Of a DNA stretch of 64,000 nt, positions 1 through 13,423 are shown one piece after another. The stretch is from Peribolospora baueri (Eukaryota). Below the pieces are notes generated by a model that was not told the origin of the DNA, searched no databases, and saw only the letters and a program-made list of their open reading frames with translations. Every line of letters starts with the position of its first letter. The stretch's first letter is position 1. The position numbers and the translations under genes are program-made. The stretch covers positions 248,001 through 312,000 of the forward strand of contig JAMDHS010000007.1 in assembly GCA_029717555.1 (NCBI GenBank). Direction: 5' to 3'.

Positions 1-524
1 GAGAGGATGGCGTCAAGCCTATGTCGGCGCAGATGCGCCATACCGTACTTGCATTGACCGCGTGGCTCGTCCCGTCCGCAGTGCGGGCCATCAAAAGCGT
101 GAGCGCATCCCATCCCAATAGCCTCTTGTCTGTCTTCTTCCCAGGATTGCAGGTCCGACTCTCATAGGCAGGTGAAACGACCGTCAGAGATCGGATGGAT
201 GGCGCGCACACGCCCGCAGTTATCGACCCCCCTCTCCATTGTGCCTCGTGGTTCCGGCTGTTTTCATTTTCATTTTTGCTACTTTGAGCCACAATCCTTC
301 GAGGGTGTGTCGCTTTGTCGGCTTGTGTTATTCCTCTGATGCGAAAAGTGATCCGGTGTATGGAAGCCGAGCGAAGATGGACGTGCGAAAAGATCCGCCG
401 GTGTTTGTGATCTGGGATCGATACGGAACCAGGACAATATGAAGAAGAGACGCTTCCCTGCGCCAAGTTGCATCTGCCCTGACCTATCCTCCTCCACCGC
501 CGGCATTCCGAGTAGCCCTTCCAA

Positions 525-3071
525 ATGAACGTCAGAACAACAGCAGTTGCGGCAGCTAGACCCTTCTTCCCCCTCGTCGCCCTCGGCCGCGTCGCAGCGC
601 TGCGCTCGACCGTCCTGCTCGCTCGTCCAAGTCGCACCTTTGCCTCCTCCTCCCGCTCCCACTCCCCTACCGCCAGTCCCATCCTCCGCCAACAGATCCT
701 TACGGACGGCAAGCCAATCCCCATCCGACATGGCAAAGACGATGCTGAAGCTGGCGATGAGGGCGAGAGCTCGCCGAGCCAGGAGATGGGGAGGATGATC
801 AAGATCGATCGGTTGATGACTTCTGTGCGAGGTGCGTGTCCTGGCCGCCTCCGTCATTCCGTCGTTTGTTCGCCCGTTCGCTCGTCGCGCCGGTCGGGCG
901 TATCTGCCGCTGGGAGATCGTTCTTTCATGCAGCGACGAGCTCGTCGTTGGCGGGGCAGTCACGGCAGAGGTGGGAGGGACGGGAGTTCCGGACGCTGGA
1001 CTTGAGGCCTCTTGCTCCCGCAGGACACGACGGTGCTCCGGGAAAGGGATTCCCTACTAACAAACCGTCCGCCTCCCTTCTCTTCCCCATTTTTGCAGCA
1101 CGTCATCCCTCGCCGTCCCATGCCCTCCCCTTTCGAATGCGTCCGTTGGAAAGACTCTGGGCGGACGACCACACGAGGGTGAAAGGCAAGCCGCTGCTAC
1201 CGTTTCCCGTGTCGCCTTATGAGCGAGACGAGGTTGAGAAGGATCCGACGAAGAAGCCCACGAGGACGCCCATGGAATTAGACGAGCGGCCGAGGTATAT
1301 GCATGAGAGGTATGTGCGATCGTTCTCGCGGGCATGCTATTATTCCACTTCGCGACGAGGAGCCCGCCCTGGCTGACGCCCTTTCCTGGTGGTTCCTCTT
1401 CGCCGTCCCGTACTAGCTACATTTCTTTCGAGCTGCCGTTCTCGTCCAACCCAGAGCTGCTGGAAAGGTATATCGCCTACTCGGGCCACATCCGTGTCGG
1501 CCGCCTCTTGGAGGACCTGGACACCCTCTCAGGCTCCATTGCGTACAAACACGTTCTCGGAGATGTGGCCGACCTGCACGGCGCGGCGGATGACATTTAC
1601 ATCGTGACCGCCTCCGTAGATCGGATGGACGTGCTCAAACCTTTCAGCAAGGCGTTTGTAGAGGACCTGCGCTTGTCTGGGCAGGTCATTTACACGGGCA
1701 ATTCGAGTATGGAGGTGAGCGGGTCGCCGGGGTGGATGTCGTGTGCCCCTTTGGTCTCATTTCGGTGATCTGCGCAGAAACTGATGTCGGCTATGTGGAT
1801 GACCACTAGATTTTCGTCCGTATGGAGACCATCGACCCAGAGGAAGGGTGCGCGCCGCCTTCTACGGCGAGCAACGGAGGCAGCACCGAAGCGAGCAAGG
1901 CGGCGGTTCCGTGCACGACTGCACGGGAATCCTCTCAAGCGGGCACCCGAACATCGCATCAACCCTCTTCCAAAACCGTTTTGCTGGCCAGGTTCACCAT
2001 GGCTTGTCGCGATAAGCGAACGGGCACGGCGCGCAAGGTCAGCGTCCGTCGCCGTCTCCCACGCGCGACATCACGGTCCGTTGACGCAGACTTTTTCTCT
2101 TCTTCCTCCAACCTTTGGCTCAGGTGCCACCGCTCATCGTTGACTCGGAGGAGGCAAAGGCGTTGCAGAAGATGGGCGAAGGTGTGCAGGCGCTCGCCCA
2201 TTCGCGTCGGTGAGATGGGCAAACGGCGAGGACGCCTTTCTGACATTCCCCGTTCCGTTCTGTAGATCACAAGAACCGCAAGCGCTTGGCGTCTGCGAAA
2301 TCCTTGGACCGCGTCCCTCCAAGCCGCGAGGAGGCGGCGATGCTCCACTCGATGATGATGAGCGTCAAGGACAAGAAGACGAAGAATCCGGAGAGGAAGG
2401 ACATCTTGCTCATGGAGGGCACCAAGCTGGAGAGCGTCCGTCTAATGCACCCTCAGGTGAGCTTGCGTCGCCGTTCCATGACTCTTTGTCTGTCGGCTCG
2501 TACTCAGGCGGGTCGTGTGTGCGCCACAGGAGCGGAACGTCCACGAGAAGATCTTTGGAGGTTTCCTAATGCGCGTCGCCTTCGAGCTCGCTCACTGCAA
2601 CGCGGCCCTGTTCCTCAACGCAATGCCGACGTTCATGGGTACGCGCCTGGTCTCCATTTGTTCGCCCTTTCTTTTCGTCCTCGCCCACGACTGACCGGCC
2701 GGGCCCGGTCTTTTGCGCACGCAGCTTTGGACGAGATCTCCTTCCGTAAGCCTGTGAACATTGGCTCGGTCCTCGAGCTCACGTCACACATCGTGCACAC
2801 GCCGCCGGTGACCTGCTCGTCCTCGCCGAACTCGCCGACGGAGAACTGCGCCGAGTTCCAAGTGTCCGTCCAAGCTCACGTCGTCGATATGCTCACGGGC
2901 GAGAAGGAGCTCACGAACACGTTCGAGTTCACCTTTGCCGCGCCGGACGGGGTCCCTCTCCGGAAGCAGGTCGAGCCGAGGACGTACGAGGAGAGCATGC
3001 GGTGGTTGGAGGGCAAGAGGAGGTGGGAAGTGGGCAGCGAGGTGCGACGGCTGTATGTCGCTCATGCCTGA
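525..3071 (+). CDS. Mitochondrial double-hotdog acyl-CoA thioesterase (ACOT9-like), multi-exon
   Basis: Arg/Ser-rich N-terminal presequence. Hotdog motifs: SYISFELPFSSNPELLERY...GHIRVGRLLEDLDTL, YIVTASVDRMD, LSGQVIYTGNSSME, MHPQ|ERNVHEKIFGGFLMR, LDEISFRKPVNIGS, PRTYEESMRWLEGKRR. Canonical introns, e.g. 832-1098 with TACTAAC at 1055. Stop TGA ends at 3071. Confidence 0.88.
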
Positions 3072-5033
3072 GCGTCTGGCCGTGAGCGTCGGATCGTCAC
3101 GGCCTCCGGAGGAGGACCTTGGGATCGGATTTACCCGTCAAGTCGTTGTTCGGATCACTTTTTTGCTTTGGAAGGTCTTTACAGCATGTCTTTCTGTCTC
3201 TCTGCGTCGAAGCATTTACTGGACTCCGATCCCCTGGGCTGTCCTTGGGAACGCAGACGCCGTATACCGACAAGAAAGAAGCATCGTAGTGATTGATCTA
3301 TCGCACCGCTCTCCTCGCCCGCAGCATATCTCAGAGGGCAGCGTGCCTCTGAGGCGAAACTCTCTGTCTGCCTTTCGAAACTCGGCGTTGGCTTGGCCAT
3401 GGGGGGCGAAGGGGGAGGGTCTTGCCATCTTCACTCGAGGACGACGGCGGCTAGTGAGTGTTTGGAGGGCCTGGTTTGATGGATGGCTTGCGCCGGGGGA
3501 GTCCCAACGTACACAGCCGACACCGCGGTCCGTCGTCCTTTCTCGCTCCCGCACGCCTCGAGAGGGACGGCGGTTCCTCTTCCGGCATCCCGCCGGTCCA
3601 TCACCTAACGGCCCCGCACGACATTCTTTGCCAGCCATCTATCTATCTGTCTATCTCGCGGAGACTTTTTGGTGGAGATCGAAGGCGGGGGGGTGGGTCA
3701 TGACGAGGAAATACCGGAAAGATGCTTCCATCCGCGGGCGGGCGCCGCCGCATTTGGGGGAACGCCGTGGGTGCCGGCGGGAAGAGAATGTGGAGATGGA
3801 TCGACGTCGGTGGAACGGAGACAGAGTGTAGGTAGATTCGTCGGGCTTTGTGAGGAGGAGGGAGACGGACCCGCCGTTCGTTCGGCCCGAGGAAAGAAAG
3901 AAAGAAAGAGAGAGAGACGTCTTCTTCGTCGGGCGTCCCTCAAGCCTCGCTTCTTCTTGAGGTCGATGCGCCTGCGAACGTTCTCAAGTTCGGTGAGAGC
4001 GTATGCTTGCCCTGGACGAGGGAAGCGAGCGAGCGAGTTGGCGCTTCTCGCCGATCGTTGAGTGTCTTGCTAGGCTGCGGAGGCTGATCACGGTTCGATC
4101 CCAAGTGGACTTCGAGCCCGCCATCCCATCCGTGTGGGTAGTAAGCTTTCGATCCGGTTTTATTTGTCTCGTGGATAGGTCGCCGGTCGAAAGGCGGGTT
4201 GTTGAACACCGGAAACGTCGGGAGATGGACGGCGAGCGATGGAGGTGAGTGAAGATTGAGGCCGGAAGGAAGAAAAGAAGGGCTCGGGAGGGAAGACCTG
4301 GGTTAAGTGCGTTGGAGAAACAAACACGGATTCCAACGTAGACGGACGACGGCGTCTACGTCTGGGTCGACGGAGACGACCTTGTGTCCGTCGACCGTCG
4401 TCGATCTCATCCAACCCGTCCGTCCATCCGTCCGTCATCCGCGTTTGTGTCACTCCGAGGTGTCACTCCGAGAAACGGGCAAGCGAAGCCGAAGCCGACG
4501 CCGACGGAAAGGGAAAGGAGGGGGAGAGCGGTGTCGGTTCCCACTCTACTCCCTCCGTATCCTCCGCATCCTCCGCATCCTCCGTCGGTCGGTTGGTCGC
4601 CGTAACGCGATGGGCGGAGTGTAACTGGAGGAAGACGAAGCGAATTGTTGGGTGTGTGTTGGTGGGACAGAAGGGACGATAGCCTCGTTGCCGCCGGCTC
4701 CATCCATCGTCCATGGATGGCGATGCTTCGGTCCACAACCGACGATCTTCGCGACCGCATGACCGACCTAACGAAGCGACAAAGGCAAAGGAAGGACGAA
4801 AAATAAGAAAAGAAAAAGGAGAAGAAGGGGTTGCTCAAGGCTAGGCTAGGCTAGGGGCCCGTGTCCCTTGTCAAGACGCCTCCTGGACCTCGCTCGTCTT
4901 GGACCTCGTCCGCCCTCGTCTGTCTGTGCGTCCGTAAGACCAAGACCGACTTGGCGCACTCACTCAAGTACTTGCCTTTGCTCCTTCCCACCCCGCCTTA
5001 CCCCTCTCTCACGTCATCCCTCCCTCCCTCCGT

Positions 5034-5294
5034 CTATCTGTCTATCTGTCTATCTGTCTATCTAAACGCGCATACCCATCCCTATCTCCGACAAGACGCA
5101 CCCCGCGTCTCCCGCGTGGGGTTGGTAAGTTGGACGACGGAACGGAAGGCAAGGGTCAAAAGTACACCCGCTCCGCTCCGCCTCGCCTTGCCTTGCCTTG
5201 CCTTGCCTTACAAAACCTTGCCTCGCCTTGCCCTCGCGTTCGCGTTCGCGTTCGCCCCGCTGACAAAAGACAAAAAAAAAAAAAAAAAAAAAAA
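5034..5294. repeat. Microsatellite cluster: (CTAT/CTGT)n, (CCTTG)n, (CGCGTT)n and a poly-A run
   Basis: Tandem units are directly visible at about 5034-5062 and 5186-5254; A-run at 5272-5294. Lies in the presumed 3' UTR region of the kinase. Confidence 0.85.
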
Positions 5295-6253
5295 TGAGGA
5301 CGGCTCACTTCCGACTCTGCCGCTCTCGTAATAACCCCAACAACGGCGTCCAGCTCCAAAGTCCATCCGTACGTCCGTGTCCGTGTTAGACGCGTGGCGG
5401 GAACGCACGCGGCACGAAATGTAAAAAATCGGATAGATTGCGAGGGGAGTTAGGGAACGGGACGGGACGGACAGTGTGGCAGTGTGGTGAGTGAGAGTGC
5501 GTGGGCGCGGAAGAGCGAGCGTACATTGTGTTGTGACAAAGACGGCGGGCGCGCGGATCAAGGAAAAGGAAAGGAAGAGGAAGCCCAACGTTGAAAATAA
5601 GGAATAGAAAAGGGTGACCCTTGACGCACCGAAGCAACAGACAAAAAAAAGAAAAAGAAAAAGAAAAAAGCCCCGGGGAAAATAAGAGAAAACCGTCAAG
5701 GGGAAAAAGAAAAAGAAAAGTAAAACACCGGACGAGAAAAAGCAGATACCGTTACAGAACCCGACCCTAAGACAGACAACTGAAACAAAACGACTAGCAA
5801 CCGAGCAGACCTAACCCAGAGCGACGAGCGACGACCAAAGGTAAGACCGACAACGGAAAAAAAAAAGCAACGTGCGGCGGTCGGCCGGCCACCCATGACG
5901 GACGAAGAAAGATGACGAAAGCGAGCGAGCGAGCGAACGAGGGGACGACCCGGACGGGACCGGATCGGCTCTACCACAAAGGAAGACGTTGGTCGGGATC
6001 GAAGCGAGAGAGCGAGAGAGCGTGGGAGCTTGTGGGGGACCTAAGCGGGATACAGATGCTGCGAGTTGCGAGGGCGGTAGCGACGAGGTGGAACAAAAGA
6101 AAAGCGAGGCGGCGGGGGTGGCGGCGGAAGGCGACAAAGATGTAGGAAGTGCGGGTTGCAAAGGCAGGCGGTCGTCGCTCCATCATAAATCAAGACGGAG
6201 GACGAGAAGAGGAAGCAGGGAACCACGGCGTCATCAATCGGCGCCGGCATGGA

Positions 6254-8475
6254 TCATGTCGAGCTCGGGCGCCAGCCGTGCATGCGAAACGACGAGCGGG
6301 GACGTCCTGGTGAAGGGAGGTGGTGGTGAGGATGCGGAGGACGAGGATGGAGGCGCGAGGCGGGCGTCGACGGTTCCACGAAAAAGATCGGCCGTCGGAC
6401 GTCGCCATCGGCCGCCTGTTGATGGAGGCCCAGCGCGTCGGCCAGTCCTGTGGAACGGTTGGTCGAGGCACCGTACTCGAACTGCGCGTCGTCTCGAGAG
6501 CGGGAAAAGGGGAGGACGTGCCGTCGGAGCGGCGGCTCGTCAGCCACCTTGGCACCGCGCGCCATAGTCGCGTACGCCTCGGCGCTCAGCTCAGCCATGG
6601 CGCCGTCCGGGACGACGGCCGAGGAAGTGGGTCGACCCGCGGCGGCGGCGGCGGCGATGGCCAGGGAGCCGAGAGCCTCGACCGCGTCGGCGTCCCAAAC
6701 GCCGTCCATGACCTTGTACTTGCCCTTCACGTCTGCCCTCGGTTGTCGCGGGTCCAGGTCGGCGGGGAAGAAGTCGGGCGTAGGGGGCAGACCGGTGTAC
6801 GAGCACGAGCTCTGCCGGCTCGTGCTGCCGGCGCTGGCGCCGCTGGCGCCGCTGCCGGCGCTGCGACAGTCGCTGCTCGTGCTACTGCCGGCGTTCTCCA
6901 CCGATGTCTCGCTGCCCGTCGGCGTCGGCGGCTCGGGCACCTTGGCGGCGTCCGAGACGGGCGTGCAAGGGCGCATGTACTCGGGTTTGCGATCGGTGAC
7001 GATAGGCACGGGTCGAGGTGAGCCGGAGCGATCGGAGCGGCCGGCGCATTGGTTAGGCGAGAACGGGTCGGCGTGGGCGACGTACATCGGCCGCGCCATT
7101 ACGTCGTCCCATTCGCACTCGTCCTGCGTCTCGTTCATGTACACGTCCGCCTCTGGCGTGTACGTAGTGTGGGTTTGGGCAAAGTGGGCCTGCTGCTGCT
7201 GCTGCTGTATGACCCGCTGTTGCTCGATGAGCATCTGGAACTGGCGTTCCTGCTCTCGCTCCTGCTGCAGTTGTCGTTGGCGTTGGCGTCGCTGGTGCTG
7301 ATGCTGGCGCTCGACTTCGCGCAACCGGCGCTCCTCGGCGTCCCACTTGGCGATGTGGGCGACGTGAGCGGCGTTGACGGCGGAGGGCTTGGGCTCCGCC
7401 TCGGGTTGCGGTTGAACCGCGGGCTGGGCGACGGCGGCGGCAGCGGCGCGGGCGGCGAAGTGGGCGGTCTGGAGCTCGGCGGGCGTCATGGTGAAACGTC
7501 GGACGGCGAGGATGAGCTTGCGGAGCTCCTTGAGGCTGCATCGGTTGGCGGGGTTGAGGGTGAAGATGCGCTTCAGGACGTGGTTCGTCTCGCGGGAGAC
7601 GGGGAGGATGGTGGGGAGAAAGTCGGGATTGGAGAGGTAGACGCGAAAGGTCTCGTCCGAGGGACAAGCCTGCTTCCACGGATTGCGGCCGCAGACGAGG
7701 TTGACGAGGATGACGCCGAGGGACCAGACGTCGTTGTGGGCGGTGGAGTAGGACTGGAGACGTTGGAAGAGGCCGAGGCCGCCTTGACACTCTGTGTAGA
7801 GAGAAAGTAAAGTAGCCGAGGTGAGTGGTCACGCATACATAGATCGACGCGCATGACATGCGGGGCTCACTCACCGGGCGACATGTAAAAGGTACTCCCG
7901 CAGCCAAAGTCCTGGCTCTCGCGCTCGGCGGTGGCGAGGCCAAAGTCGGCGAGGACGACGTTGCGGCCGCCGTCGTCGCAGAGGATGTTCTCGGGCTTGA
8001 GGTCGCGGTGGTAGATGCCGAGCTTGTGGCAGTACTCGACAGCGTCGAGGATCTGGAGGAAGACGGAGCGGACGAGTTCGTCGTTGCCCTCGCCGGCGTA
8101 GCGCTGGCGCTCGGTGATCATGCCGAAGAGGTCGCCATCGGGCAAAAAGTCGAGGACGACGTAGACGACGTCGTCGAGCTCGATGACTCGGTGGAGTGTG
8201 ACGACGTTGGGGTGCTGGGAGGCGAGGGTGTGGAGGGCGATCTCTCTTCGCTGAAAGGCGCGCTGTCGAGCGTCGAGGCCGACCTTGTTGAGGCACTTGA
8301 CGGCGTAGTAGCCGGAGCCGCGAGAGAAGGAGGAGTGGGGAGGGAGGGTGACGTCGCGGGCGAGGTAGACGACGCCGTAGGCGCCGAGGCCGAGGACGGA
8401 GACGAACTCAAGCCGGCCGTTGTCGATGCGGTGTCCAAGCAGGTTGGCGGTCTGGGCGTGAGCCTTGGCGGACAT
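6254..8475 (-). CDS. ran1: Ran1/Pat1-family (Sks1/Vhs1-like) Ser/Thr protein kinase, 2 exons (8475-7875, 7791-6254)
   Basis: [71 protein letters not shown] (the family hallmark). Intron 7874-7792 is GTGAGT...ACAG. Poly-Q, low-complexity C-terminal tail. The symbol is a family-level call only. Confidence 0.92.
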
Positions 8476-9564
8476 GGTCAACGGACGCGGGGGGAGTGGG
8501 GTGAAGGGAAAGGGAAGGGGGGGGGGGCGAGGGCGGGGGAGAGCTAGTGTCCGTGGTGCCGTCAATCGATGGACAAGCGGGATGGTGGGGTGGATGGCCG
8601 TTGGCGATCAACTGTGGGTCCGTGTGGTATGTGGCACTTGGACTGGTCTCGTCTCGTCTACGCGCGCGTGTCTCGGAGGAGCGCAGGCGCAAGACGGTGT
8701 TCGGAGCGGGATGTGGAGAGACTACTGGCTGACTGTGGTCGGCCGAAAGGGGTAGCCACGGGGCCTCTTTCAGAGCGCGGGTGGGGATGGAGGCAGTGGC
8801 GCGTGTGATGTGGAGGGCGTAGGTGAATGCGTCACGGGAGACGCACGGCGATCGCGGTGCAGCGACGGTGTATGCGGCGTGGGGATGGGTGCGCACCGGG
8901 GTAGAGGAGCGACAGTAGAGGAGATGGGCGTGAGGCGGAGGGGGCGCGGTGGGGAGAGGGAAGTGGGAGGCGGGATGGGGGATGGGTGGGCGAGGTGGTG
9001 GTAGTGGTGGTGGTGGTGGTAGTGGTGGTAGTGGAGGGTTAGATGGGAGGGAGAGAGGGACAAGACGCCGGGAGTCGGGCGGTTATGATATATGCGACTG
9101 GATGCGGGGGACGAGCGCTTGGCCTGCTTGGCGTGGCTCTGGGTCGGCCATGAGGCGGCGACGGAGAAGGGATGGTGTCGGAAGAGGAGGACGAGGGAGG
9201 CAGGCGACCGACCGAGATCGGCGAGGCGGACGGCAGCGGGAGCGGGAGCGGGCGGGCAAAGGAGACACGGCGGACGGGCCCAGGCCGATCGACGACCGAC
9301 GACCGCCGACGACGTCGTCTGTTCTGTCCATGTCTGTCATTCATCATCATCCGTTTCGTCCTTCCATCCGTCGGGCCCGTCTGCGACCGATTTCGCTTCC
9401 ATTCGTCCCCGTCCATCCTCTTTCGTACTTTCGTACATTCGTACCCCTCCGATCTCCCCTCTTTCGCCCCCGTCGCTGCCCCGCCTCGATCGTCCTACGC
9501 GGCGCTGGCCCGCACGCCAACGCCTCTCCACAACCCTCGCAGTCTCCGTCGGGCGAGCGCGGGC

Positions 9565-9640
9565 AGGCAGCAGGCGGCAGGAAGCAGCAAGCAGCAAGCA
9601 GGAAGCAGGAAGCAGCAAGCAGAAAGCAGAAAGCAGGCAG
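9565..9640. repeat. (AGC/AAGC/AGGC)-rich degenerate microsatellite
   Basis: caggcagcaggcggcaggaagcagcaagcagcaagcaggaagc... is seen directly. Confidence 0.75.
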
Positions 9641-10671
9641 GCCAAGGCGACGACGGCGACCAGAGAGGGCGACGCGTTAAGGGCTGATAAGGCGACTGCA
9701 TGAGCACTAATAATACCGTAATGGCCGGCTTTCGTCTGACTTAGACCGAGTGAACTAACTATAACTGCCCGCTCTTCGCTTCCCGATCCTCGCTCGCTAC
9801 AACCCGCCTCGCCTCGCCTCGCCTCGGACGGCACCGCCTTCCGGATGCTTAGCCCCGCAGACCCGGGTCCCTCCCCACCCAGGTCTGCACCCGATTCTGC
9901 CGCCCGCCTACCCGGCTATCGCCTCAGGGACCGAGCGTGGGGTGGGCTGCGCGTCCTGCCGCCCGCCCGGGCAGCTCGCCTCGGCAGCGGCCCCGGTCGA
10001 CGCGAGCCTGGCGCGTGCGTGTCGCTGTCGGTCGCCGTCGCCGTCGCCGAGCCAGCCATCCCTCCTTCCTTCCTTTGAACGCCGTCCGCGTCGCTCGACG
10101 CATCCGTACACGCACTTTGCAACTCGGTTCCATCCCATCCCATCGCTTCTGCCTGCTCTCGTCCTCGTTCTCCTTCTTCGCTCTCGCTCCCGTTCTCGCT
10201 CAACGTGTTTCCATGCCGTAAGGAAGCACGGCGAACACAGCAAAGGTGAAAGAGAGGGAAACAAAGGGAAACAAAGGGAAACAAAGGAAATTAAAAAAAA
10301 AAAAAAACAAAGGAAAAAGGAGACTGCGGGCGTACCGCGAGCACACACGTCGGTCGCGTCGGTCGCCTCCTCCAGCATCGCAACCTCCTGCCACCGACAA
10401 CGACGATGACAACGACGCCCAGCTGCCGCTCGGCTGGGCGACCGAATTCGCCGTCGTCGGCCGCTTATTACAGATTCAATGCCAATCCAAACCACAGGCT
10501 CACGGACTCATGACAGCGATGACGACGCAAGCGCTACGACAGAGAGCACAGACAGCACCCGCGCCGATCCAGGACCGGGACCACACAAACCACAAACCAA
10601 GCAGCCCTCGGCTCCCTCGCGTACCTTCGCCTCTTCTTTCTTGGCACCGCGTCCGTCGGGACTTGGCATCC

Positions 10672-10695
10672 GATCGATCGATCGATCGATCGATC
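10672..10695. repeat. (GATC)n palindromic microsatellite
   Basis: cgatcgatcgatcgatcgatcgatcg is seen directly. Confidence 0.85.
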
Positions 10696-13288
10696 GGCGT
10701 TGGCCCAGCGTTATCTGGGACGAGTCACGACGACGGAACGAGACAATTTCGCCCACATCTCGCCGCCGTTTCGTTTCGCGAAAATAGAACAAAAAAAAAG
10801 AACGAAAGACGAAAAGGAAAGACAAACGGATCGACAAAGCGGATGTACATCGAACCTGGCTCGTCCACACGCTGACTGACTGACTGACTCGTCCGACCCA
10901 TGTCCGTGCGTTTTTTTTCTTTTTTTTTTTTTATCACGCGCTTCCGAACGTCTCCCGCGCCACGAGCGACCCTGAAAGTTCCATCTGTCATTCGTTTCGA
11001 CCGACCACCGGGCCGGCCGACTCACTCATGCACTCACCCACCCACCCAACCTGCCGCGACCGACCGACCCTCGCTCGCTCTCTTCGTTTCGTTTTGTTTT
11101 TCTCCGCTCCCCACCTCGTTCGTCCCGTCCACTTCTACTTCCTCCCTCCTCCTCCGCCGGCCGATCTTAGATCCACATCCAGATCCCGATCTAGATCCCC
11201 AACTCCAAGTTCCCGATCCAAATTCCAACCCAGTCCGATCCCCCCGTCCGTCCATGGTCACGCGCATGCGCACGTCCACGCGACAACAAGCGCAGAACCA
11301 GAGCCAGAGCTAGAGCCAGAGACTTATACTTCATATGTATGGCTTGGTCTTAGGCATGGCAGAACAAGACATTTTTTCGAAACGCCCCGGACGTTTCGAA
11401 ACCGTTGGAGACCGAGACGATCCTGGATGAAAGCAAGCAGAACAGAACTGCTTACGGCCGGACAGCACGCACCTTCATGGACCTTCGTCCTGCCTCGGGC
11501 GGCTAACTGGGCCGCTTAGTTAGCTCTTGCTACCGACCACATGTCAGTCACTCGCAGTCTCGACTCCGGCCCAGTGGAAGAGAAGCGCGGAGAGATCGCG
11601 CGCGCCAAGACCGACGGGACAGAAAAAAGCGGTGCCACGGAACGCTTCCCGGTCGGACGACGTGCGCGCGCGCGCGCCGCCAAGCCAACGCAGGGTCCCC
11701 ACCAGCGCTTGTTCTTACGCGTCCTGCGTGCAATGCGAGCGCTGCCCTTGTACGTTACATACATACATTCATACATACCGCAGACGGGCCTCGACCGACC
11801 AGAGAGGGCCTCGAACCACATGTATGCGGTTTCTTTGCGTGTATGAAAGAAGGAAAACACAAGGAGCGGGCGGATGGCAAGCAGCTTGCGCGCGACCGGC
11901 CGATAGCTAACACACCTGTCCCGCGCGTGGGTTGGTGGCAAGGCGCCGCTGCGATCGCCTGCAGAAAGAAGTTGGCCCAGGGAAGCCGTCGCGCGACGCC
12001 CGAGGCGAGCTCGGGGCGCAGTGGGGCGTTGGGCGACGCAGTATCCGCTGTGCTCAGCAATAGGCGGTCCTCGCCAGACTACGATAGCGAGTGAGCGAGA
12101 CCGACGTCCTGCTAGCCACACAACTTGGGCATCTTTGCTGAGAATGGTGGCGTGCCCAACTGAACCGACCCGACCCGACGGGACGGACGACACGCGTCAC
12201 GCCCTCGCTTTGTTCGAGCAGCCGCCGTGTCAGATTAGTACGCAGGATTTAACTGCACCCCAGACGCGGACGCAAATGCTCGGCGGGGGAACAAAGACTG
12301 GCAGGCTTTCCTTTCCCCGTCGGGGAGGACCGGGGGAGTGGCACAGACGGTGGCCGCGCTCGGCCAGCTCCCGTCCACGAGCAACGTGTTCGCCGCAGCA
12401 CGGCGCCCAGCCTGGGGCTCACGGCGACGTGAGCCGTTTTCAGAGACACATCCGTCAGGGCGCCCGGGCGGTTGGTTATGTTCGCGTCGCGAAGGAGAGC
12501 GTTCGTTTCGCGTAGACAGCCTGAGACAAGGCACGTGACAAGGTTCGCCGTGGTCAGAGCGGAGGCCGGCGGCCCACTTCACTTCCGGATGGTCAATGAC
12601 CATAAGCAAATACGGGGCTGCGTTATAGGTTCAGACAGACCCCGACCGCGATGGCCATCCCCCAACTTCAGCCGGAACACACTTATCTTTTTTTTTTTTG
12701 CGCGAGCGGCAAATGCCGCAAGTCTCACCATCTCACCCACTCACCTTTGCCCCGCCTCACCAAGGGCGGAAGCCAAGAAGCAGCGGCGCCAAGAGGAGGA
12801 AGAGAATGCGAAACACGGCGCGACGGAGGCGCGAATCCGGCGGACGGAACCCGGTGTCGCGGTTCCTGGGGCCGGGCCTCCACCGCGTACGCAAAGCTTC
12901 CATGCCGGCCGAGGGCCTTCTCACGCATCCCGTCTTATCTTGCCGATCGGCGGTCGACGTGGAAGGGAAGAAGAAAAAGTTGATGGGTTCCAATTTCGGC
13001 GTCTTTAGGGCGAGGTAGAGAAGTTCTCCCTCGGTGATGGACTGAACACATCGGCCTCCCAAGGTGAGACTGGCGCGGGCGTCAGTCCTGGTGTTATCGT
13101 CGTCTTCTCTGGATTCCTCGATCACATCATTAGCACCACCGGCCTCGACTCATCCGCACAAGCTGCCTTGGCCGAAGCGGAGGAACGCGAGCGACGATTC
13201 AGAGGAGCCGCGGGTCGGGCCTTTGTTTCACCGCTCTTCATCCGACGAAGGCCTCAGCGGAGGCGGTCCGCGCGATGATTCAGTCTCA

Positions 13289-13423
13289 GACACCTCGCAC
13301 CTCGCCGTGCTCCTCTCGCACGAGCTCTCCCACCTCCTCCTCTCCCACGACATCGAGACGCTCTCCGTGCGCACCTTGCTCCTCCCCTCTCTCTCCTCTA
13401 TTCTCGTCGACGTCATCCGCGTC
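13289..13423 (+). pseudogene. Isolated fragment/exon of an Oma1-like M48 zinc metalloprotease
   Basis: Translates DTSHLAVLLSHELSHLLLSHDIETLSVRTLLLPSLSSILVDVIRV: an HExxH in M48-type LAxxLxHExxH context, with strongly C-ending codons. Preceded by AG at 13288-13289 and followed by donor GTGAGC at 13424. No other M48 exons are recognisable nearby. Confidence 0.55.

Noticed and set aside
1..240. Possible exon(s) of a minus-strand gene at the left edge
   Set aside because: Open frames and a GTATGG donor exist, but there is no recognisable protein motif and not enough context.
3400..6250. Many overlapping ORFs (poly-K, poly-F, Arg/Ser-rich)
   Set aside because: They derive from microsatellites and high GC, with no domain motifs or consistent codon bias.
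6320..8547. Long antisense ORFs opposite the kinase (similar ones occur opposite KAP95, the zinc-finger gene and the coiled-coil gene)
   Set aside because: They are the expected shadows of C/G-ending codon bias on the sense strand.
8770..9063. His-rich ORF upstream of the kinase as a metal-binding peptide or uORF
   Set aside because: It has a non-ATG start and arises from a (CAC/TAC)n repeat; there is no other support.
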